From an uncultured Gemmatimonadales bacterium (GTDB taxonomy: Bacteria > Gemmatimonadota > Gemmatimonadetes > Longimicrobiales > Longimicrobiaceae), in assembly GCA_963716255.1 (NCBI GenBank), contig OY970303.1, forward strand, positions 832,001 to 896,000: DNA of 64,000 nt. The letters run 5' to 3'. Shown in pieces: positions 12,078 to 21,972 of the stretch; position 1 is the first letter of the stretch, and each line of letters starts with the position of its first letter. The translations under genes were made by a program, and so were the position numbers. A model generated the notes under the pieces. It saw only the letters and a program-made list of their open reading frames with translations, made no database searches and was not told the origin of the DNA.

Positions 12078-12977
12078 TCAGCCGTTCGCAGTTGCAGGCT
12101 GTTCCCTGTTCCCTGTTCCCTGTTCCCTGCCGTCCCCTGGCGGGAGCGGACGCCCGAACATGTCGTGCAGCACGCGGGCGAGCCGGTCGGGGCGGTCGGT
12201 GACGATCCCATCCACCCCCCACTCCAGCAGACGGCGCATGTCCGCCTCCTCGTCCACCGTCCACACGTGCACGGCCACGTTGCGGGCGTGCACCTCGCGC
12301 AACAGCCGCGGGGTGAGCACCTGCCGGCCGCCGAAGCGCTCCGGCATCTGGAAGGCGTCCACCGGGGGCCGCCAGAACCGCGTGGCGTGGGCGAGGTGGA
12401 GGAGGTAGAAGGACTTCATCTCCTCCCCGGACGCGCTGGTTGGCCCCGGGTACGCGCCGAAGAGGGAGCGGTTCGCCCGGTGGCCGGCGGCGATCAGCAC
12501 GCGGCGCGTGGCGTCCAGGTCGTGGACCGTTTCCCAGGTGCGGCGCTGCGCCCGGGCGTCCTTGACCTCCACGTTGACGCGGGCGCCCGGAAAAGCGAGG
12601 AGGAGCTCTTCGAGCGTGCTCACGCGCACGCCGCTGCCGCGGAAGGGGAAGGTGCGGCCGCCGTCGGGGGTGAAGCGGAAGCCGGCGTCCAGCGCCCGGA
12701 CCTCGGCCAGGCGCAGCGAGGCCAGCGGGCCGGTGCCGTCGGTGGTGCGGTCCACGGTGGCGTCGTGGATGACCACCACCTCGCCGTCGGAGGTGGGCTG
12801 CACGTCCACCTCAAGGACGTCGGCGCCCCACCAGTCCAGGGCGCGGCGGAAGGCTTCGAGGGTGTTCTCGGGAGCCAGGGCGGAGCCGCCCCGGTGGGCC
12901 ATCAGGAGGGGCGCGCCGGCCAGGTAGGGGTGGCCGGGGCGGACGGCGGGGGGGCGCCGGGTGCCGAACGGACGCAT
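12078..12977 (-). CDS. glycerophosphodiester phosphodiesterase
   Basis: AHRGG..APENTL.AF, EVDV, HD..DRTT, WTVD, GVDGIVTDRP. Confidence 0.92.
   Translation of the reverse strand: MRPFGTRRPPAVRPGHPYLAGAPLLMAHRGGSALAPENTLEAFRRALDWWGADVLEVDVQPTSDGEVVVIHDATVDRTTDGTGPLASLRLAEVRALDAGFRFTPDGGRTFPFRGSGVRVSTLEELLLAFPGARVNVEVKDARAQRRTWETVHDLDATRRVLIAAGHRANRSLFGAYPGPTSASGEEMKSFYLLHLAHATRFWRPPVDAFQMPERFGGRQVLTPRLLREVHARNVAVHVWTVDEEADMRRLLEWGVDGIVTDRPDRLARVLHDMFGRPLPPGDGREQGTGNREQPATANG
12090..12128 (-). repeat. GGGAACA heptamer tandem repeat (about 4 units) plus ACAGCCTGCAAC
   Basis: ctgttcc repeated in tandem; partial opposite-orientation units at 11992-12047. Confidence 0.8.
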
Positions 12978-12996
12978 CCGGGCGGCCCCCGCGGCG

Positions 12997-13512
12997 TCAG
13001 AAGCCGTTCTCGAGCCGCGCGCGCTCGGCGGCGCTCAGGCCGTACAGCCGGTACAGCACCAGGTCCACGAGGTGGCAGGTCATGGAGCGCGCCCACACCA
13101 CCCGCTGGGAGTCCGCGCCCGCCTCCAGCCGGGCGGTCAGCTCCGCGCACCGATCCCCCAGGAACGCCAGGATCTCCTCCACCGCGTCCGGGTGCGGGCG
13201 GGCCGGGGCGAGCGAGTCGGCCGGGGCGCGCTCCACCAGCAGCCCCTCCACGAAGGCCAGGACCCCGGGGAAGACCATCTCGGTGAGGTGGCCGCCGACG
13301 ACCAGCTCCTCGTCCGTCAGCTCCTCCCAGGCCAGCTCGTTCCAGTACAGCTCCTCCGCCTCCCGGCGGAAGAAGGCGAGCCGGTCGGCGGGGAGCCGGT
13401 CGGCGTCGGGGGCGACGGGCGCCAGCGGACGGTCGGCCGCTTCGAGGATGCGCGCCCGGCGCGACTCGACGTACGGCTGGGCGGTCGCGGGCTCTGCGGC
13501 TTGCTTGCTCAT
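12997..13512 (-). CDS. hypothetical protein
   Basis: 171-aa ORF with normal protein composition, co-oriented with the GDPD gene. Confidence 0.7.
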   Translation of the reverse strand: MSKQAAEPATAQPYVESRRARILEAADRPLAPVAPDADRLPADRLAFFRREAEELYWNELAWEELTDEELVVGGHLTEMVFPGVLAFVEGLLVERAPADSLAPARPHPDAVEEILAFLGDRCAELTARLEAGADSQRVVWARSMTCHLVDLVLYRLYGLSAAERARLENGF

Positions 13513-13605
13513 GGATCGGTCAGTGCGGAGTTGTCCTGGCGCCCGGTCCAGCGGCGCAGCGACAACTTAGACGGGGGGAGAGCGGTCTCGCAATGCCGGA
13601 CGGGG

Positions 13606-14361
13606 CTAGGCGAGGCGCTCGGCCTCCGCGTGCACGGCCGGGTCAGCCGGGAGGTTTGCGCCGGTCAGCTCGGCGCGCTCCAGGTCCGCCCCGGACATCT
13701 CCGCGCCCGCCAGGTTGGCCTGCGACAGGTCCGCGCCCTTGAGCGTGGCGCCCGAGAGCGCGGCGCCGCTCAGGTTGGTCCCGGCGAGCGTCGCGCCGGT
13801 GAGGTTGGCGCCCTTCAGCACCGCCTCCGACAGGTTGGCGCCGCCCAGGTCCGCCCACTCCAGCGTGGCGAACTCCAGCACCGCCCCGCTCAGGTCGGCG
13901 CCCTTGAGGTAGGCGCCCGTGAGGTTCGCGCCCTTGAGCGAGGCGCCGGCCAGGTCGGCCCCGGTGAGCACCGCGCCCTTGAGGTACGCCCCCGTCAGGT
14001 GCACGCCCTTGAGGTAGGCCCACTCCAGGTAGACCCCCTCCATGAACGCCCACTCCAGGTTGGCCCGCTCCAGGTACGCCCCCCACAGGTGGGCGGACTT
14101 GAGGTAGGCCTCCGTCAGGTTGGCCCCGGTGAGGTCGGCGCCCTTGAGGTCCGCGCCCTCCAGGTCCGCCCCGGACAGGTCCGCGCCGCCCAGGATGGCG
14201 CCGGCAAGCCGCGCGCCCTTGAGGCTGGCGCGCTCCAGCCGCGCGCCGGCCAGGTTGGCCCGCTCCAGGTTCACTCCGTCCAGGACGGCACCCCGCAGGT
14301 TGAGGTGTCCGGCGGCCACGAGCCTCCACATGTCCCGGTCGGTGAGAATCCTGTGCTCCAT
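13606..14361 (-). CDS. pentapeptide repeat protein
   Basis: Long run of A(D/N/Y)LxG-type 5-residue repeats. Confidence 0.92.
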   Translation of the reverse strand: MEHRILTDRDMWRLVAAGHLNLRGAVLDGVNLERANLAGARLERASLKGARLAGAILGGADLSGADLEGADLKGADLTGANLTEAYLKSAHLWGAYLERANLEWAFMEGVYLEWAYLKGVHLTGAYLKGAVLTGADLAGASLKGANLTGAYLKGADLSGAVLEFATLEWADLGGANLSEAVLKGANLTGATLAGTNLSGAALSGATLKGADLSQANLAGAEMSGADLERAELTGANLPADPAVHAEAERLA

Positions 14362-14461
14362 GCAGCGCCTCCCCCGGCGGTGAGGCCAGGTCTCTCGGGT
14401 GGTTGGAACCATGGGATCGACGCGCGGCGGCTACGGCACCGGCCGGCCGCCACGCCGGGCG

Positions 14462-14725
14462 TCACTTTCCGCTCCCTTCCCTCAGCATCGCCCAGCGCCA
14501 GCGCATACGGCCCTGCCAGCCGCACACGGTACACCTGCGGAGCTGCGTGGTGGACAGCACCGCGAGCAGCCGGTCCGTCCCGGTCCCGCACCCGGGCTCG
14601 TGCCGGGTGGTGATGCGCCGGCACGTGGGACAGGCAGGAGCCTCGGGGAGCCTGGTCAGATAATGAAGCGCGAAAACCGGCGCGGCAAGTGCAGCGATCG
14701 CAACGCTTGCGAGGATCATAGCCAT
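14462..14725 (-). CDS. small membrane-anchored zinc-ribbon protein (hypothetical)
   Basis: GGAGG upstream; hydrophobic N-terminus; CPTC...CTVC. Confidence 0.55.
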   Translation of the reverse strand: MAMILASVAIAALAAPVFALHYLTRLPEAPACPTCRRITTRHEPGCGTGTDRLLAVLSTTQLRRCTVCGWQGRMRWRWAMLREGSGK

Positions 14726-14883
14726 GCGTTCCCCCCTCCGGGAGGGAGAAGCGGGGTCGGGACGCGCCCGGCCGCACGGGTCGGGACGATGGGGGAACGA
14801 CGCAAACCGCGTTCCGCGAAGCACGTACGCTTCTTGCAAACCCGGCCGGCAGACTCCATGGACGCCGACACCGGGAGGGGGAC

Positions 14884-15291
14884 ATGCGCTACGACGAGCG
14901 ATACGGACGCGGCTTCGGGGGCCGCGGGGGACCCGGCCGGGAGCGCCGCCCGCGCGGCTACGCGGCCGACTACCGGCGAGGGTACGACCGGGACCGGGGC
15001 CCCGGCTACCGGCCGCCCTTCGGGGACGCCGCGCTCGCCGAGGGCTCGTTCGCGATGGGGCCCGGGTTCATGCCGCTCGGCTGGGGGTGGTACGGGCCCA
15101 TGGGGATGGACCCCGGACCGTTCCCCTACGGGCCGCGGGGCTGGGGCGCCCCCGAGCGCCCGCCGCGGCGCCCGGAGGAGAGCCCCGCCTACGGCCGGGG
15201 CGGCGACGAGGAGCTGCGCCGCTGGGCGCGCGAGCGCGGGTACGACGTGGGGTACGCCATCTATCCGCGCGACCCCCGCCGCGCCCGCTGA
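14884..15291 (+). CDS. hypothetical Gly/Arg/Tyr/Pro-rich protein
   Basis: GGGAGGGG RBS before ATG; 135 aa. Confidence 0.65.
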   Translation: MRYDERYGRGFGGRGGPGRERRPRGYAADYRRGYDRDRGPGYRPPFGDAALAEGSFAMGPGFMPLGWGWYGPMGMDPGPFPYGPRGWGAPERPPRRPEESPAYGRGGDEELRRWARERGYDVGYAIYPRDPRRAR

Positions 15292-15318
15292 ACCACGACC
15301 ACGGGACCAGGAAAGGAC

Positions 15319-15648
15319 ATGAGCAGACACCGCAACGAGGACCCGGCGTTCGACCCCGAGGAGATCGAGGCGTCCGACCCGCTCGGCGAGCAGGCGTTCG
15401 ACGAGATGGGCTTCGACGACGCCCCGAACGGCGGCCCCGGCCTGAGCGCCCCCTCGCTGGAGGACGACGCCGTCAACAAGCGTCCCGGCGGCGGCGGCCA
15501 GAAGGTCGCCGGGATCCCCGAGGCGCGGCAGCACGAGATGAACAGCTCCGACCTCGGCCGCCCCGACTCCGAGGGGATCGTGATCCACGAGCGCGGCGGA
15601 GCCGGCAAGGGCGACCCCGCTGTCGGCGGCACCCGACCGGAGTCGTAG
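15319..15648 (+). CDS. hypothetical acidic, probably disordered protein
   Basis: AGGAAAGGA RBS; 109 aa, D/E/G/P-rich. Confidence 0.65.
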   Translation: MSRHRNEDPAFDPEEIEASDPLGEQAFDEMGFDDAPNGGPGLSAPSLEDDAVNKRPGGGGQKVAGIPEARQHEMNSSDLGRPDSEGIVIHERGGAGKGDPAVGGTRPES

Positions 15649-15651
15649 GCC

Positions 15652-16419
15652 GTGCCGCGCGGGCGAAGCGCCCGAGCCCCCAGCGCCGAGGCCGGCGGGA
15701 CGCGCGTCCCGCCGGCCTCGGCCCGTACGCCCCTCGACGCGGCCGGGGCGGCGTCCCGCAAGCGTCCCTTCGACGTCCACGAGGCGATGCGGCGCATCGA
15801 GGAGGAGGTCCGCCCCTACCCCAAGGCCGCGCTCTTCGAGCTGGCGGAGAGGGGGTTCGGGACCGCCTTCGAGCAGCTGGTGGCCTGCATCCTCTCCATC
15901 CGCACCCTCGACGAGACCATGCTCCCCACCGCGCTCGCCCTTTTCGAGCGTGCCCGCACCCCCGCGCAGGTGGCCGCGCTCACGCCGGAGCAGATCGACG
16001 CCGCCATCCGCGCCTGCACCTTCCACGAGGGCAAGGCGCGGCAGATCCACGAGATCGCGCGCGTGGTCGCGGAGGAGCACGGCGGCGTCCTTCCCTGCGA
16101 CGAGGCGCTGATGCTGGGCTTCCGCGGGGTGGGCCCCAAGTGCGCGAACCTGGTGCTGGGGATCGCGTGCGGCCAGGCGAAGATCGGTGTGGACGTGCAC
16201 GTGCACCGCGTCACCAACCGCTGGGGATACGTGAGCGCCCCCACGCCCGAGCGGACGATGGAGGCGCTGTACGAGAAGCTGCCGCCGGAGTACGCGGTGG
16301 AGATCAACCGCCTGCTGGTCCCCTTCGGCAAGCACGTGTGCACCGGGCGCGCGCCCAGGTGCTCCGTCTGCCCGGTGCTGGACATGTGCCGCCAGGTGGG
16401 CGTGACCACGCACCGCTGA
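15652..16419 (+). CDS. nth: endonuclease III (HhH-GPD, 4Fe-4S)
   Basis: FEQLVACILSIRT.DE, GVGPKCANLV, VDVHVHRV.NRWG, C-x6-C-x2-C-x5-C. Confidence 0.92.
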   Translation: MPRGRSARAPSAEAGGTRVPPASARTPLDAAGAASRKRPFDVHEAMRRIEEEVRPYPKAALFELAERGFGTAFEQLVACILSIRTLDETMLPTALALFERARTPAQVAALTPEQIDAAIRACTFHEGKARQIHEIARVVAEEHGGVLPCDEALMLGFRGVGPKCANLVLGIACGQAKIGVDVHVHRVTNRWGYVSAPTPERTMEALYEKLPPEYAVEINRLLVPFGKHVCTGRAPRCSVCPVLDMCRQVGVTTHR

Positions 16420-16426
16420 CCGGCGG

Positions 16427-16732
16427 CTACGCGGCCCTGGCCCCGCCGCGGAGCTCGCGCACCAGCTCGCGCAGGGCGAGCAGCACCTGCTCGTTGCCCT
16501 CGCGCAGCAGCGCGGCGATGATGTGCTTGCAGATGCGCTCGCGCCACAGGTGGTCGCCGCAGTCGCAGCGCGGGTTGTGCGTGGTGTACAGGTCCACCCA
16601 GTGCGCCTCGCTCCCGCCGGTCACGCGGTAGCGGCCGTGGCCGGTGGGCTGCACCTGCAGCCCCAGGCTGCGCTCCAGCCGGTCCAGGTGCACCCCTCCC
16701 GCCCGCTGGAAGTCGATCGCCGGCTTCGCCAT
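16427..16732 (-). CDS. small SWIM zinc-finger protein
   Basis: CDC-x8-CKH; AAGGAG RBS. Confidence 0.8.
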   Translation of the reverse strand: MAKPAIDFQRAGGVHLDRLERSLGLQVQPTGHGRYRVTGGSEAHWVDLYTTHNPRCDCGDHLWRERICKHIIAALLREGNEQVLLALRELVRELRGGARAA

Positions 16733-16994
16733 CGTCCGCTCCTTTTCCCTGTCTGCCTGGATCCCGGGTTGCTGATTTCTTCATACACCACAACACCCGA
16801 ACAGATCCCGAATCAAGATAGAAAAAACCGCCGTCCACCAGCATTTTCCGGGAACATAGGCCAGAGGCGGAGTTGGGGCGCTTTCCCGAGTTTCGTGCAC
16901 GCGCCGGCGGACGTCGGGCGGGTCCCCGGAACAGCGAGGCCGCCGTCGCAGCGTCGCGACGGCGGCCACCCGGAAGGGCCCAGGGAGGTGGGGC

Positions 16995-17525
16995 CTAGCG
17001 GACCGCGTACACGTCCTTCGGCCCGCTCACGTCGAAGGTGTAGACCTCGTACGGGTCCTTGTGCTGCCCCTCCATCCCGGGCGAGCCCATGGGCATCCCG
17101 GGCACGGCGACTCCCTTCACGTTGGGGCGCTCGGTCAGAAGCTTGCGGATCACGTCCGCGGGAACGTGCCCCTCCACCGCGTACCCGTTGACCAGTGCCG
17201 TGTGGCAGGACTGGAGCCCCTTGGGCACGCCGTGCTCCTGCTTGATGGCCGGCATGTCGTCGCGCGGCACGCTCACCACGCGGAACCCATTCTGGCGAAG
17301 GTGCTCCTCCCACTTGGTGCAGCACCCGCAGGTGGGCGACTTGTACACCGTCACCGTCACGGCCTGCCCCGTCTGCCCGGCCTCCCCGCCGGACGCGGCG
17401 GCGACCCTGGCGGCGCTCTCGCCGCTCCCACCCTGCGCGGCGTCTTCGCCCCGGGCGCACCCCGCGGCGAGGGGAGCGAGCACGAGCAGCGCGAGGGCCG
17501 GCGCCCTCCTGAGGATTCGCGTCAT
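16995..17525 (-). CDS. DUF411/CopG-like metal-binding lipoprotein
   Basis: LAAGC lipobox, YKSPTCGCC, SCHTA, EGHVPA, VPGMPMGSPGME. Confidence 0.88.
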   Translation of the reverse strand: MTRILRRAPALALLVLAPLAAGCARGEDAAQGGSGESAARVAAASGGEAGQTGQAVTVTVYKSPTCGCCTKWEEHLRQNGFRVVSVPRDDMPAIKQEHGVPKGLQSCHTALVNGYAVEGHVPADVIRKLLTERPNVKGVAVPGMPMGSPGMEGQHKDPYEVYTFDVSGPKDVYAVR

Positions 17526-17726
17526 GGCCTGGATCATCGTTCGGGGGAGGTCGGGAACCGGCGCGGATGGAGCGCGCGGGACAGGCTCAGTACCGGGCGG
17601 ACCCGCTCGCGGTTCCCGCCGGACGCGCGGCACGAGCCGCAGGCAAAGATCTCGCCCCCGGGGCGTCCGCGGCAAGGGGACCGCGCGCCTCCGCCCGAGC
17701 CCGACGACGCCGGCGCGCCGCCAGGG

Positions 17727-17811
17727 CCCTCACCCGGCTCGCTTGAGGCTCGCCACCCTCTCCCTTCATCCGGTTCACGCGAAGCGTGAAGCGACATTCC
17801 GGGAGAGGGGG
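17727..17811 (+). repeat. family B REP-like repeat
   Basis: CCCTCACCCGGCTCGCTTGAGGCTCGCCACCCTCTCCC...GGGAGAGGG; near-identical at 31911, 36856, 42070. Confidence 0.88.
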
Positions 17812-17844
17812 CAACTGCTGGATATCACGGCCACGTCGGCAGTT

Positions 17845-17978
17845 GCGTGAGGGATTACGGCCCGAAGGGGCGAGACCGCGCGGCCGTTTGCGCGGGCTCG
17901 ACTCCGTTGGGCTGCGTTGTCTGCAGCCCTACGGAGCCGAAGCCCGACCCCGGCGCCAGCCGGGGGCACGCCCGAACC
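17845..17978 (+). repeat. family A structured repeat, copy 2
   Basis: Aligns end to end with copy 1. Confidence 0.92.
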
Positions 17979-18387
17979 TGCCGCAAGCAGTTCAGCCGAA
18001 TCCGTTGTCAGTCGTAGCTCGCCGCGCCGCCCGTCTGCGTGGTGCGCTCGAGATCCGCCGCGTGTCCTCCCGGTCCGGGTTCAGGGTTCCAGCGTTGCGC
18101 GTAGCGGCTTCGCAAGGGGTGTCCCGGCAGCGACATACACGTACGCTTCACCGGGATCGTGAACGGATTTTGCATCGGTCCGGCGTCCACGAAAAACGTC
18201 GTTACGGGGCTGTTGCGGGATCGTGGAGGACGCCTTACCTTCTCATGTGGAAGGCCGGACCCGGCTGCGCCGCGCGCGCCGGTCCGCACCTCTCGACCCC
18301 CGGACCGCCCCGGGCGCGCCGCACGGCCGCCGGGACCCTCCGCCGGTCGCGCACCGTTCCCTAGCCCCCGCTGCGGGAAGGAGAGAC

Positions 18388-18486
18388 GTGGTGCAGATCT
18401 GGGAGTTTTTCTACGGCTCCACCCGACGACGCTCCGTTCGGAACGCCCCGCACAACGCTGCGGCGGCGTTTTTTGTTGCTCCCTAG
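18388..18486 (+). promoter_or_regulatory. putative leader peptide (32 aa) overlapping an intrinsic terminator
   Basis: AAGGAG RBS, GTG start, MVQIWEFFYGSTRRR...; hairpin 18442-18470 followed by a T-tract. Confidence 0.45.
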
Positions 18487-18499
18487 CCAGGAGGTACCG

Positions 18500-18742
18500 A
18501 TGCTCGATTCGGGGATGATCAGCAAGATCCAGAAGGCGAAGACCTACGCGACCGAGCCCGACCGCATCCACTTCCAGAGCCTCAAGGTGGAGTTCGACGG
18601 CAACAACGGGAACCACGAGGTGCAGTTCGACCAGGGCCACTGGCGCTGCGACTGCGGCTACTTCCACAGTCACGGCACCTGCAGCCACACCATGGCCATG
18701 GAGCGCGTGCTCGGCGTGATGGCTCCCCACGAGGTGGGCTGA
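18500..18742 (+). CDS. small SWIM zinc-finger protein
   Basis: AGGAGG RBS; WRCDC-x8-CSH. Confidence 0.82.
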   Translation: MLDSGMISKIQKAKTYATEPDRIHFQSLKVEFDGNNGNHEVQFDQGHWRCDCGYFHSHGTCSHTMAMERVLGVMAPHEVG

Positions 18743-18762
18743 AGAGGGCGCCACCCTGTGTG

Positions 18763-18804
18763 AACCGGCCGCCGCGTGGAGTCGCGGCGGCCGGTTTTGT
18801 TTTT
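18763..18804 (+). terminator. rho-independent terminator
   Basis: AACCGGCCGCCGCG/CGCGGCGGCCGGTT stem followed by TTGTTTTT. Confidence 0.8.
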
Positions 18805-18829
18805 GCGGCAAGGTTCGTTTTAACTGCTG

Positions 18830-18963
18830 GGTCTGGGCGTGTCCCCGGCTGGCGCCGGGGTCGGGCTTCGGCTCCGTAGAGCAGCAAACAACGCTGCTCA
18901 ACGGAGTCGAGCCCCGGCAAACTGCCGCCGGGTCTCGCCCCTTCGGGCCGAAATCCCTCACGC
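18830..18963 (-). repeat. family A structured repeat, copy 3
   Basis: Reverse complement aligns with copies 1 and 2. Confidence 0.92.
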
Positions 18964-18989
18964 GGGGCTCGCGCTGGCGTCCGCGGGGG

Positions 18990-19052
18990 CCCCCACCCGG
19001 CTCGCTTAGGCTCGCATGGCTTTCCCCTATATCCCCCAATTCTGGGGGAGGG
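18990..19052 (+). repeat. family B REP-like repeat (uninterrupted homologue of the IS target)
   Basis: CCCCACCCGGCTCGCTTAGGCTCGCATGGCTTTCCCCTATATCCCCCAATTCTGGGGGAGG. Confidence 0.82.
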
Positions 19053-19290
19053 TTGGCCGAAGGTCGGGCACCTTGCCGTTGCGATCTGCGCCGGGAGGTC
19101 GGGGGGAGGGTCCGCAGGCGGTGCGTTTGTTCGAAGCCAGCGTGATGCCGCGGACCTGCTCGACCGGTGGGCGAGTGCTCTGGCGAGTCCCTTCGGTTGT
19201 CGCACCGCCGGAGGAGCCTCCCCCGGCCGACCCCAAACACGGAGCTAGCCGGAGCGCATCTTGGCGCACGCAGAAGACACCGGAAGCGCG

Positions 19291-19318
19291 AAAGGGCCGC
19301 TCAGACGAGCGGCCCTTT
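19291..19318 (-). terminator. hairpin terminator downstream of the tRNA pair
   Basis: AAAGGGCCGCTC-AGAC-GAGCGGCCCTTT. Confidence 0.7.
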
Positions 19319-19326
19319 CGGACAGG

Positions 19327-19400
19327 TAGCGGAGGAGGGACTCGAACCCCCGACACGCGGATTATGATTCCGCTGCTCTAACCAGCTGAGCTACTCCGCC
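19327..19400 (-). tRNA. tRNA-Met (CAT), elongator type
   Basis: GGCGGAGTAGCTCAGCTGGTTAGAGCAGCGGAATCATAATCCGCGTGTCGGGGGTTCGAGTCCCTCCTCCGCTA cloverleaf; CCA not fully encoded. Confidence 0.93.
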
Positions 19401-19414
19401 ACGGAATTCTTTTA

Positions 19415-19488
<74 letters not shown>

Positions 19489-19524
19489 ACAAGTGCAGGA
19501 AATATAACCCCTGGCCCGGAAACG

Positions 19525-21831
<2,307 letters not shown>

Positions 21832-21972
21832 GGGAGGTGGGGGAACGGAAGAGTGGGGGTCCTGGTGGGCGGGGTCCGGAAGCGCACCAAGCTCGCAGCC
21901 GGCCGGCCGTCCCGCAAGCCCGCCCTGTCGGGTAGGCTGCGCCCCGTACGGGCAGATTGTTCGAGGGCACGC

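Noticed and set aside
17534..19381. Short ORFs sharing peptides such as ASSEPG, GPKGRDP and [14 protein letters not shown]
   Set aside because: Translations of repeat families A and B, not a protein family
11300..19400. Accessory patch downstream of tRNA-Met as an integrated island
   Set aside because: No integrase and no duplicated tRNA 3' end that I could find; composition looks like the host
19327..19400. tRNA-Ile2 (lysidine) identity, given tilS nearby
   Set aside because: The sequence resembles elongator tRNA-Met more; an isotype model would be needed to be certain
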